Shown: piece after piece, positions 53,156 to 64,000 of the stretch
Numbering within the stretch: the first letter of the stretch is position 1
Layout: each line of letters begins with the position of its first letter
Assembly: GCA_964016885.1 (NCBI GenBank)
Contig: OZ024750.1
Location: forward strand, 13,888,001-13,952,000
Reading direction: 5' to 3'
Length of the DNA: 64,000 nt
DNA from: Eledone cirrhosa
Taxonomy: Eukaryota
The notes under the pieces: generated by a model
Databases searched by the model: none
What the model was told of the DNA's origin: nothing
What the model saw: the letters and a program-made list of their open reading frames with translations, nothing else
Made by a program: the position numbers and the translations under genes

Positions 53156-53332
53156 AATATAGAAATGGCTTCTACGGGACTAGAACTGTTTCATTCGAAG
53201 GAAATCATCAGGAAAGCCGACTTAATGAAACAGTTCTAGTCCTGTAGAAGCCATTTCTATATTGAATATTCATACTCTGCTATGTATTGAGTACCTTACC
53301 TACTGTGGTTACCCCCGATTGAACCCGGGATA
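53156..53332. mobile_element. Palindromic Penelope-like remnant with a hammerhead-like core
   Basis: 40-bp inverted arms at about 53156-53196 and 53223-53262. The minus strand reads CTGATGA-tttccttcgaat-GAAAC-agttcta-GTC. Flanked by (TA)n and (CA)n. Confidence 0.55.
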
Positions 53333-53529
53333 CACACACACACACATATATTATCATCATCACCACCATTTAACATCTCTTTTCTATGATAAGCTGTCAT
53401 AATTCAATCGTTAGTTTTTGTTAAAATTTTGGTGTTTCTTAAAAAAATAATAACCACAAGAAAGACAGTGGAGAGAAAATATTCTTTAATTTTTATTTCT
53501 TTTACAATTTAGACGCTTGTGATGTATAA

Positions 53530-53724
53530 CCTTTTAGCATTCTCTCACCTCTTTCTGTTCAAACTGGCCATAACTAGCCACTCATACTGATGTTAAGGTA
53601 TTGTCCTCAAAATAAATAATATCAAAATTTCATAGACGTGATATATAAGATAAAGCCTTTACCACAAAAAACAAAAAACAAAACAAAACAATAGTATATA
53701 TAGAATAATGTAAATGCTAAAGAG
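53530..53724 (-). mobile_element. TTAA-type MITE inserted into a dispersed repeat
   Basis: ATAA|ccttttagcatt...aatgctaaagag|TTAA; the empty site is visible at 38167-38170. Confidence 0.85.
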
Positions 53725-54478
53725 TTAAAGTAGTAATTTCCTGTAAAATACTAAAAGATTGTACTACTTTGTAATTGATACATAATTGATTGGTCTCTTA
53801 ATCAGTTAACATTTTATTTGATTTATCAATACTATCAAGCTACAACTATGTTTTAAATCTGAAGCAAGGAAAAATGATAAAAATAAAATGGGAGTTAGGG
53901 ATAGAATTGACCTGTTGGGTTATCCACTGGAAATTACAATAATTGGATCTAAAATTCTTGTTTGATTGGATTCTTGAATAAATTTCCGACACATTATTTG
54001 TTGGAACCAAATCAATGTATGTGTCAATAAAAAACAATTTGGAGATGGTGTTAACCATATCTGGCCAGAATTCTTATAGATTTTATATTATGAGGTAAAA
54101 CCTTTACTATGAAAATACAATAGTAAATATAATCTATGTAAAGGGTTAAGGGTACTAACAATCTCTCTAGTGTTAGTGACATGATAAAATATACCCGGTA
54201 TACTCTGTAAAATGGTTGGTGATAGGAAAGGCATCCAGGCATAGAAAACTTACCAAACAAATGGTAGAGAGGATTCTTCAGTTGCATCAAAAGCATGACA
54301 AGCTTCTCAGTGCTAGTGCCTTGGTGTGTGATGGGTCCCAGCCTATTTGAGAGATCAGTGGCTTCAATTGAGTACTGCTTTAGTCTGAGACAACTCACCC
54401 AACTTTTGCTAGCAGGTAAAACATGATAAATGATGATGATATTTTTTTCATCTATTTTTCTTCAAGGTTCATGTAAGG

Positions 54479-54663
54479 CATAGCTTCCCAAACTTTTTCA
54501 AATGCGGAAACCCTTTTAGATTCAGAAAATTTAGAGGGAACCCCAAAGTCTAATATTGTTATATGGTGGTAATATAAATATACTCGTCTACCTTTTTTCA
54601 TGGAACCCCAGACACTCCTTTGTGTAACCCTTGGTTCCGCAGAACCCACTTTGGGAACCACTG
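54479..54663. mobile_element. hAT-type MITE
   Basis: TIR-like catagcttcccaaact / actttgggaaccactg, with internal gaaccc repeats. Confidence 0.6.
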
Positions 54664-55349
54664 ATGTAAGGAATGATTTCCAGCAACTTAATGTTGGAGC
54701 AATTATTTTCACAGTATGACATTCTCCCTTCTGACTTACCTTTCATTGTGTCAATATTAATGGAAGTAGTCCAGAAGTTGTGATCTGGACAGATTGGTAT
54801 ATTTCCTGCATCTGAAATAAAGTTTATGTGATCGTTTGATGATGATCAGAAGGATCTCATTAATTTCTGGCTAATTACAATTTTGTTGTTAGATTATCTT
54901 TTATACCTCTTCATTCTTGGTCTGCTTTCATGTTTGGAATTTCTTTAATTTCTAATTCCATTAATTTACTGCAGTCTCCCGGTTCATCATGGAGTCAATG
55001 CCAGCCTGGTGTGTCGACCACCTATCCAAACCTCGCTAGCAATGAAAGATGTTAAACAATGATGATGATTTTAACTCTTTAGCATTTAAACAGGGTGTCT
55101 CCAGCCAAAATTCTCTCACCTTTTTCTGTTCAAACAGGCTGTAACTGGCCACAAACTCCTGTTGTCTGGAAACTTATAATAAATAAGGAGGCTGTGAACT
55201 GAACCCTGATGGACACTTAGCCGAAAGCTAAATTCTTCACTGAACTTATTGATCACTTTCACCATGCTAAGACAAAATGTTCAAAATTAGATGCATATAT
55301 GGTTGTGATTTTGGAATTTGCTTTGCAGCAATGTGGTTGGGTACAGTTG

Positions 55350-55510
55350 ATTTACTTGAGTGGATTAGAAGTTTGATTTTTAAGCATGCGGTTCCAGTTT
55401 TGGTCCTGGTGCGTAGCACCTTAGGGGTAGTACATTCTGCTATAGCCTCGGGCTGACCAAATGCCTTGTCAGTGGATTTGGTAGCTAGAAACTTTGAAAG
55501 ACTGGTGTAT
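55350..55510 (+). mobile_element. Degenerate SINE, second octopus-type family
   Basis: ctatagcctcgggctgaccaaatgccttgtcagtggatttggtag; a related fragment lies at about 44580-44650. Confidence 0.55.
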
Positions 55511-55674
55511 GTGTATTTGCTTACAAAACACTGCTAAGTTGGCATCAGGAAGGGCCATGGATAAAGCAGGTACTTATTTTATTGGTCCCCATCTTTCCCT
55601 CCACCTAAGAAGGTTTAACGGCAAAGTCAACCGTAGCAAGTTTTAAACCCTGAATGTAAAAGGGAATCATTTAA

Positions 55675-55876
55675 TAATTGTTTCTGATTCAGGCACAATT
55701 TTGGAGAAGGGGAGAGTTGATTAAATCAACCCCAGTGCATTACTGGTACTTTATTTTGTTGACCCAATAAGGATGTAAGGTAAAGCTAACCATGGCAAGA
55801 TTTAAATTCAGAATGTAAAGGGACATAACTGTATGCTGTAAAGCAATGCTCTACCGATACTGCCAATCCACTACCC
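55675..55876 (-). mobile_element. tRNA-derived SINE copy (family 1)
   Basis: ccagtgcattactggtactttatttt...ctaccgatactgccaatcc. Confidence 0.75.
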
Positions 55877-57340
55877 TTTTAAGGATAATTTCTTAAGCAT
55901 ATGTTGCTATGGCATCTGATTCTATTCAGTAGAATCATTTAATAATGCAAGGCCTTTTATCCAACACAAACACATTGGAAGATGACCACAAATTTGTAGA
56001 AGTGAAAGTATAATTAAATAAATTGGTCCAATATTTTATTGAGCAGGGTTGGATTTGAATTCTGACTCCTAATCGAACAATTAAGACAGTTATAGATGTT
56101 ATAGAAAGCTGTGGACTTATGGATCATGAGGCTTTGCATTTGGAGTGATTGCAAGGGCTCTAGTTGCATGTTGCTCATACTTAAAGAAGGTGGGGAGGTG
56201 CAATGATTCTTTTCTTGATATGAGCAGAGCTTGAAAAAGACAAGGATGACATGACACAATTGGAAGATGTTTTTAATAGCTCTGTCTATATAGTCAGTGC
56301 AGGCTTGGAGTGAAGTTTTGAGGTTGCATGGAAAATGAAAACTTCATCAACAGTACATGAATAAATAAGCACTCAGAAATATGTGTAATATATTACAGAA
56401 TATTGCAACAGATGATAGAGAGTATATCACAGAATATCATTAAGGCAACACATACATCAATCAATCATATTCCCGCAACTGGTGCAGCTAGTCATAGGAG
56501 AGCCATTCTAAATGTGCCACTGGTGCAACCAGCCATTGGGGTGCCACTCTAGACGCTTTCAGTCAGCCATTGGCACTGGACTCTATTCTTCGTCATGTGT
56601 AGAAGGATGTTGGTGTTGTAACCAGTCCAGCCGTTGATGTTGTTGAACCAGCTGATATGCCATGATTGACAACATATACATAAAACATTGATATAATAGT
56701 GCACAAATAACCACAAGGCTCTTCTATCTGGAAAAAAGAGGATCCATTTTATACATTACAGAGTGGTGAGAGCAGACCTCAGATTGCTGAAGCTCAGTGG
56801 AGATGACGAAGGACCGTGACAAGTGGAGAGATGCTGTGTTGAATAGGACCCGTCCCACCCTTGCAAGCAGGGAAAAGCGGACGTAAAATGATGATGATAG
56901 AAGGCATTGAAGATGCAAGATTTCCTTTCTTGTCTGATACCAAACACACTGGTAATATGATTAAAGGAAATGGTTATGAGTGTCGACCTAGATACTTTTT
57001 ACTGTGTTATGTAAATATTTATAATTTCTTGAATATTCATACATAGAAATAGTCATATAGAGTCAGTTAATATAACTTTTGTTTTTCTTGCTGAAACAAG
57101 TGTTAACAACTTTGTATTATATATGATTCAAAATCTAAACAATATTTCTGTATAAACAACTGAAGTGTATCTAATAAAGAGTGTGTGTAGAAACAAGAGT
57201 GAGTTCATTGATATCTTTATAGAAATGTATTCATTTAATTAGGTAATGTTAAAAAAAAAAAGCTGGAATGAAAGGAAAAAATGTTGAATGAGGTTTCTGA
57301 AATCATAAAATAATAATTGTCAAATATAAGTTTCAGTTCA

Positions 57341-57700
57341 CTGTGGGTTATGTTTATGTAGGGTGTGTTTAATGTGGGGTGTGTTTATTGTGGGGTATGT
57401 TTAATGTGGAGTGTTTATTGTGGGGTATGTTTAATGTGGGGTGTGTTTATTGTGGGGTATGTTTAATGTGGGGTGTTTACTGTGGGGTATGTTTATGTAG
57501 GGTGTGTTTATTGTGGGGTGTGTTTAATGTGGGGTATGTTTAATGTGGGGTGTGTTTATTGTGGGGTATGTTTATTGTGGGTTGTGTTTACTGTGGGGTA
57601 TATTTATGTAGGGTGTGTTTATTGTGGGCTGTGTTTACTGTAGGATATGTTTATTGTGGGGCATGTTTATGTGGAGTATGTTTTACGTAGGGTGTGTTTA
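57341..57700. repeat. About 16-bp G/T-rich tandem repeat (tgtggggt(a/g)tgttta(a/t))
   Basis: More than 20 units can be read directly. Confidence 0.95.
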
Positions 57701-58250
57701 AGTAAACACAAAATGATGACATTCACCTCCTCCTTAGTTCCACTAATTATCAGAGGCACAAAACATAAACTGATGTTCAAAAACAGTAAAACTGCATTCA
57801 GGAGTACATTTTTGCATGTATGTATATGTGCACTTGCATATAAGTGTATGTTATGTATGCTTTTGTACAAGATAATGACAGCACAGCCTCAAATTTTACA
57901 TGGGAGACATTGAATTTAGAATTCAGTTATAAGTATTTGAACTGTACAAAATAAAATAAAAATTTGTAGAAGAAATAAATTATTATTCTATAATAATTTG
58001 GGAAAAAGTACACCATATTCCTATGTGACACGAAAAGAAGAAAAATAAATGTTCTCCCTCAGGCTTTTACAGATATATAGAAATTATTTTCCATATCACA
58101 GATAATATTTACAGAAAATGTCCCAAGTGTCAACAGTATTTGAGACTTTTTCACTATCTGGTTGATACATGGAAACTAAAGCATGACAAACATATGTCTG
58201 TGACATATTGTTAGAGTTGTAATGAAATATTTAACCACACTTGAAATTCA

Positions 58251-59864
58251 TTATTCACGTCGTCTTTGTTTGCTTCGACTTGATTCATAGTCTTTACTAC
58301 TGGATCGAGAATCAACATGAGTAGGACGTTTTTGTCCTCCGTGTTTGGCTTCTGTTAAGAATTTATCTAAACCAAAAGGATCAGGATCTTCTTCAAATTG
58401 AACAGGGCCATCCCGTTTCCGAGATTTATCAGTTCCAGCAAAACCTTTCTCAGCTTCAAATCTCTTTGTTTTCATAATTGTTTCAAGATCGTCACCATAC
58501 ATATCTTTGTCAGCATTTTTGAATGGCTTATAAATTGAATCAGCGATACTTCGTTCTTGGCGCCAGGGTTTATCGTAGACATTGTAGGCTTCATCATCCC
58601 CAAAACCACTATCCATACCTTTTGTTCTATTAAAGAGTCTCTGATCAAACTGAACTTCCTGAGAATCTCCAACTCCTGTATTTGGAAGACCCAAAGCTAT
58701 AATTTCACTGACATCGCGTTCTCTTTCCCGTTGCAATTTAGATCTTTTATCTGGTGCTGCTCTCGCCAAATTACGATCTCTCTGTCGGTCTTTTGATCGC
58801 TCTTTTCGTAGCTCATCTCTTTCTGCAACTTCTTCCTCTTTATCATCCCTACGAATTCCTGCACGCTCTTCTCGAGCTTTCTGGGCAAGTAGACGTAAGT
58901 TACCCTCCTTTTTCTCCTTTTCCTTCTGAGCCATTTTTTTCTCAATTTGCGCCCGCATCTCAACAGCTTCTCTAGCTTTTCTGTCAGCAATATACAAAGC
59001 CTCGGCTAATTTGGCGAAGTTTTCATTGATGTGCACACCTTGTAAACCTCGTCCATCGGCAGCCAATCGTTTATCAAGAGGAATTGTGTAACCTTTAGCA
59101 TTTTTCCAATTAGATATACAAGGAGGGATTTTCCATTCCTGCTGTTCTTTAACAGTTACTTTCCTGTTCGGAGAATGAAGAACAGGTGCAGGTGGTGACG
59201 GGGGACCTCTTGGGATCTTTTTGTTTACTTTAAAACGTGCTGGCTCCATTGGATCTTTCTGAACATCAACCATACGTATAATTCTTTGTTTAGCACCAGA
59301 ATTATATGAGACCCCTTGTTGTGAAGGAGTGTATCTTATATATTGGGCTGGGGCTTGCTTATCGGCATGACGTACGGGCATTGCCGCTGACATTTTGCTA
59401 GAAACAATTTTTTCAAGGGCCATTCTTGTTTTCTCAGTCGTTTCCTCAATTCTCTCGGAATCAGGACGCTCCAATTCTTGATCATTATCATCAATATTTT
59501 TAGGAACAAGATCTTGGAATTTAGAATGAACAACTTTATCCTTACCGTGACCCTGTTTAGCGATTGCATCGTACTTGATCTTTCCTTGGGAATCCAGTTG
59601 CATAGCCAAAGAATTTGAAGTCGACTTTTTAAGGCCCATTCCGAGTGGGTACTGTACCACATGTATTTCCGGAAAAGCCCCGCCATCACCAAAGTCTTCT
59701 TGAGTCCTTGGGATCCAATTCTTCCTGTGACCATAGGGAGGTGCAGCACGTATACTCTTCACAGTTACATGTTGCATATATAGTTTATGTCGTTCTTCAT
59801 CTTCGTCATCGCGATCATATATTCGCTGCGATGGTTGCGGTAGAAACTGTGATATTGTAGACAT
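58251..59864 (-). CDS. SNW1: SNW domain-containing protein 1 (SKIP/Prp45), spliceosome NTC-related factor; intronless CDS
   Basis: Single 537-aa ORF containing DFGDGGAFPEIHV, PAQYIRYTP, QKDPMEP, PRGPPSPPAPVLHSP, WKIPPCISNWKNAKGYTIPLDKRLAADGRGL and DQRLFN. Confidence 0.97.
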   Translation of the reverse strand: MSTISQFLPQPSQRIYDRDDEDEERHKLYMQHVTVKSIRAAPPYGHRKNWIPRTQEDFGDGGAFPEIHVVQYPLGMGLKKSTSNSLAMQLDSQGKIKYDAIAKQGHGKDKVVHSKFQDLVPKNIDDNDQELERPDSERIEETTEKTRMALEKIVSSKMSAAMPVRHADKQAPAQYIRYTPSQQGVSYNSGAKQRIIRMVDVQKDPMEPARFKVNKKIPRGPPSPPAPVLHSPNRKVTVKEQQEWKIPPCISNWKNAKGYTIPLDKRLAADGRGLQGVHINENFAKLAEALYIADRKAREAVEMRAQIEKKMAQKEKEKKEGNLRLLAQKAREERAGIRRDDKEEEVAERDELRKERSKDRQRDRNLARAAPDKRSKLQRERERDVSEIIALGLPNTGVGDSQEVQFDQRLFNRTKGMDSGFGDDEAYNVYDKPWRQERSIADSIYKPFKNADKDMYGDDLETIMKTKRFEAEKGFAGTDKSRKRDGPVQFEEDPDPFGLDKFLTEAKHGGQKRPTHVDSRSSSKDYESSRSKQRRRE

Positions 59865-60704
59865 CTTTTCATCAGAGAGAAAACATCGATGCTAACAAAT
59901 ATGGAGGCAACTCTCGTAAAACTAACTCTCACGTGAAAACAAAACTGACTTCGCTTCATTAATCTAATGCAGTTAAGCCTGCTTATTTTTAAACACTGTT
60001 ACGTATTTTATCATTTATTTACTAGTTTACCTAATGATAATCAAATAATAAATTTGAATTACTAAGTAATTTATAATTCATTATATATTTAATTTTAGTG
60101 TTAAAAGTTTAGTACAAAAAATTCGAAATTATGTCTATGAAGGATTATGGCGACTTTGTTGTAGTTTGTATATCAATGTTTGTTATTGTTTATATGTAGT
60201 TTACTTTTTTTCCATTTATTATTTTTTTTTTTGGGTTTCAACAATATTTTATTGTCTTAATTACTAAATTAAGAACAAATATTAATTAGAAATATATTTA
60301 TGTTTATATTAGCATGCTATTTCAATTGGTGTCTAATTGACGGTTGTTGCTAAGACAACTTTACCTTAACAACAGTTCGCCCGATTGCGTATAAGTTGTC
60401 TTTCTTAACAAAACTTCATACCCTCGGGTGGTGCTCGTATAACTCACTGAAAAATGACTTTATATGAACACCCGAATCTGATATAATCTACTCTATGCTG
60501 TTTAAGAACATTTGTAAACATGTATGTATTTTTATCTTTTGTAATGCTGACAATGCTTAGGATTTTTATCTTATTTTCAGTATTATTTATCTTTTTAAAA
60601 GTTTCATATATTAAAAAAACAAACACGAGCCATTCATGAAAGAAAAGACAACTTAAAATGTTAAAATATGTTATTATATTTATAATATTGTATAGTTAAC
60701 TGTT

Positions 60705-60738
<34 letters not shown>

Positions 60739-61587
60739 AATTCAATATATTAGTTGAAATATAAATATAAATTCTTTAAGCAAAATTTGTATAAAAAATT
60801 TATATTATTAGCCAGGCGGAAAAAAATATACTGCCCCTCTCCGCCCAATAAGTAAACCTTTTATTTGTATGTTAGTAACTTTGTATCATAATTAAACATC
60901 TTCATTAACAATATATATATATTTATTTATTTATTAAAGTTTAAGCAAAGAACACGCACACATACATATATATATAGCTGCCAAAAACTTGTCTGTTCTT
61001 TTTTTTTCTTTTCAATATTTTTATTCACAATTCATTCAATCAGTATGAACGCCGTAGACATTATAAATATATAATAGTTTTAATTGTTATACTAGAAATA
61101 GTTTTTTATTACTCTTCTAAATAATATCTAATTTTATATTTTTGTATTTTAATGCATCTTGAATTTAAAAAAAAAAAAACCCTAAAAAAAAAACGTAATA
61201 TATATCTCAATATTTCGACGCTGGATAGTAATCAAAATGTTCTACATAATTAATATTATTTTTTTCCACCACTTATTCGTTTTAGCGGGGGTTTTGAAAA
61301 ACATCTCTTAACCTTTATATTTCTTTTATGTTTAAAAAACAATCTTCTGATTGTCATACTTTGAACGAAAAAAAAAAAATCTATATATATATTTTAAAAA
61401 TTGGAAACTTATATTTTGTATATAAATGTATTTCGTTTGTGGCATACATGACTTTTAACGGTCTGAAAAATGAAAGTAAATTTATTTTCATTTTCGAACG
61501 TCGTGTTTACATTTTGTGTGTGTGTGTTTAGATCTAAATTAGTTACTGAGATTAAAGACAAAATCAGAGCCTCTGTCGTTTTAACTG

Positions 61588-61640
<53 letters not shown>

Positions 61641-61699
61641 TGTGTGTGTGTAGTTGACGGTTGAGAGAAGCGTACTCAATACCGAAGTAATCTTGTAGT

Positions 61700-62080
61700 G
61701 AGGCTTGCAGAATGGTGAGTCCATCATTGTCGAGATAGAAGAATCCAAATACTTCCATAGAAAGTATCATCGTGGCCTGTGGAGACAAGGCCACTGGGTC
61801 TTCGGCGCTGTTTAACACCATTCTAGACGCTGCTGCCTTGTAGAAGTCTCAAATCGAAGCCGTGGCACTCTCGTCCCCATCATTCAGCAGTGGATTTTGC
61901 CAGGCAGCCGCATCATCTCCGATGGTTGGGCTTCCTATTGGGAAATTGAAGGTGGGATTTACGTTCATGATGTTGTGGTGCACGAACGGAACTTTGTAGA
62001 TCCTGCGGACCCTGATGTGCACACACAGCTCATAGAGAACACATGGAGCCGTGCAAAGAAGAAGCTTCGTCGCCAGCATG
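61700..62080 (+). pseudogene. Merlin (IS1016/IS1595-like) DDE transposase remnant
   Basis: One frame reads IVEIEESKYFHRKYHRGLWRQGHWVFGAV*HHSRRCCLVEVSNRSRGTLVPIIQQWILPGSRIISDGWASY...VVHERNFVDP..DVHTQLIENTWSRAKKKL. There is an in-frame TAA at 61813-61815, and the first catalytic D appears as E. Confidence 0.85.
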
Positions 62081-62477
62081 TTTCGTTTAAACACACACAA
62101 AATGTAAACACGACGTTCGAAAATGAAAATAAATTTACTTTCATTATTGCGACCGCTAAAAGTCATGTATGCCTCGTTTGTTATATTTGGAGAGGCTCAT
62201 GTTGTCCTAATATTGCCCCAAAAATAGTAAAACATACTCATTGTTTGGTTTGGTTTTCGCTTCAGTATAATTTTATATTTCTATAAATAATTTTTAATAA
62301 CAATTATGCAAATATAATGTACCTGTGTTTTATTAATTCTTCAACGTGTATAAAAATATAATAATATAATTCATTGAACAATAATGATAAAAGAAAGAAA
62401 ACAGGGGGGGGGGGCAGTTCACCACCAAGTGTGACATTCGGCCGCACCTGACACCTTAGGGGTTAACTACACTCTTT

Positions 62478-62800
62478 GAGGCAAGCCAACACGCTCGCAG
62501 CATTACTACAGGTGATGGCGAGGCTAAGGCGCTGAATCAACCAGGGACCCCCACGGGCATCACCTGACACCTCAGTAAGGTGAACCACCAGTGATGACAA
62601 GAAATTCGCTGTCAGCGCCCAACTCCACCAAACGTCTCGAACACCACAGGCTGGAAAAAATAATTATTTGATAAGTCCTGGTATTTCCGAACTTTATTCC
62701 GTTCGGGAGCGGAAGCAGTGAACCAGTGTCCCACATTCACCTCGGTGTCCATAATGTTGGAGGGAGCAAAAGAGTCACTAACTGTGACGTCCCAGATGCG
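62478..62800 (-). mobile_element. CRE-like non-LTR retrotransposon 3' remnant (restriction-like endonuclease)
   Basis: IWDVTVSDSFAPS...ERNKVRKYQDLSNNYFFQPVVFETFGGVG, then after a frameshift FLSSLVVHLTEVSGDARGGPWLIQRLSLAITCSNAASVL. Confidence 0.75.
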
Positions 62801-63486
62801 GCATAATTTAACTAGCAATCAATATTTATCATTGATTGACCAACAGTTAAAAAATAAATATAATTGAAGATGTCACAGATATGTGCGACGAAAGAACTCT
62901 GAGAATTTATGTTTATATTTTTAACTTTTTTCGTTAATTAATGAGGAACATTGATTGCCAGCTGAATTATTTATAGAAATATAAAAATATACTGAAGCGA
63001 AAAACAAACCAGACAATGCGTGTGTTACTATTTTTTTCGGCATCATTAGGACAACATGACCCTCCCCAAATATAACAATATATGTTTCAACACACAATTT
63101 CATATCAAAGACATTGCAAAATAAATACTACGCCGCTGTATTTCGTTTATATTTGATGTGCACATCAAAAGTAGTAGCCATGTAATAGTCGACCACATAA
63201 ATTTAACCTTAAAAAATGGTCAAACAATTCAACTTTTACACAAGTAAATACGGTATATATATATATATACATCCATCCAGAACAAACCAAAGCTATCCAA
63301 GAACTCAAGCAAATGTAATCCATTAACTTACATTCGACTTCACTCACCAGGACCACACTATACAAGCTGAGAAATGTATAGGTAAATGAGTGAGGTAGAT
63401 AGAGGACAGAATTATCAAACTCTGAATTGTCATAGGCAATAAATTGAGAAGAGTTATCTCCACCTATTACAACTAGGAGTAATTAA

Positions 63487-63675
63487 CCCTTTAGCATTTA
63501 CAATACTCTATATATACTATTATATTTTCACATAATATCGAATCTATGAGATTTTGATATTATTTAGGTTGAGAACAATACCTTAGCATCACTATGAATG
63601 GCCAATTACAGTCGGTTTGAACAGAAAGAGGTGAGAGAATTCTGGCCGGATACAGCCGTTTTAAATGCTAAAGGG
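63487..63675 (+). mobile_element. Intact-ended piggyBac-type MITE
   Basis: Perfect 14-bp TIR ccctttagcattta / taaatgctaaaggg, flanked by TTAA at 63483-63486 and 63676-63679. Confidence 0.9.
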
Positions 63676-63699
63676 TTAAAGAACAAAAACACTGTTCCT

Positions 63700-64000
63700 A
63701 TGAGGAACAAATGACTTCTATAATAGATGACATTGGCTTCAATGGACATGTTGGTCAGTATCCAGTATCAGGGTGGTTATGTTGGAGTACACAGTAGCTA
63801 TGGATATGGCTTGATAAATGAATTGGAATCAAGACTTCTAGAATTTTGCTAGAATGCAACTGGCTGGACTATTTACAGCACTAATTTCAGGAAACTGGCT
63901 AACCTCTTGATTACCAACCAATTAGTTGAACACACAAGTCAGATTGACTTTTTACTTGTTAGAAAACAGGATAGACATGTGGTTACGATTGCTAAGTTCT
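63700..64000 (+). mobile_element. LINE APE endonuclease remnant, runs off the window
   Basis: GFNGHVG...GVHSSYGYG..NELESRLLEFC...TNFRK...SQIDFLLVRKQD. Confidence 0.7.

Noticed and set aside
58472-59959. Alternative-frame and antisense ORFs overlapping SNW1
   Set aside because: These are expected by-products of a long coding sequence, with no supporting features.
61700-62080. Bacterial IS1595 contamination or horizontal transfer
   Set aside because: The motifs fit eukaryotic Merlin transposases. The remnant is decayed and embedded in host-type microsatellites.

Overview
AT-rich, intron-containing eukaryotic DNA. The SINE families and (TA)n/(CA)n/(CAT)n microsatellites suggest an octopod cephalopod, but that is recognition from memory and was not checked. 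Five protein-coding genes can be spliced by hand with canonical GT-AG sites and consistent phases. (1) KNL1/Spc105 kinetochore scaffold, minus strand, with SILK, RVSF and MELT-like motifs and a 4955-nt exon; it continues off the left edge. (2) TSEN15, plus strand, 4 exons. (3) STRAP/UNRIP, plus strand, 7 exons. (4) NDUFB8, minus strand, 5 exons. (5) SNW1/SKIP, minus strand, with an intronless CDS. Introns and intergenic DNA hold many tRNA-derived SINEs, TTAA-flanked piggyBac-type MITEs, other MITEs, RTE- and CRE-like LINE remnants, a Merlin transposase remnant and several minisatellites. The most unusual observations are: a recent in-frame modular expansion in KNL1 that multiplies a DKENIP KEN box (7 copies) together with degenerate MELT units; a family of palindromic elements carrying hammerhead-ribozyme-like cores (Penelope-type); the intronless SNW1; a short motif shared just upstream of three start codons; and a double foldback structure around the Merlin and CRE remnants. 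All of this is manual reading; no searches or folding were run.
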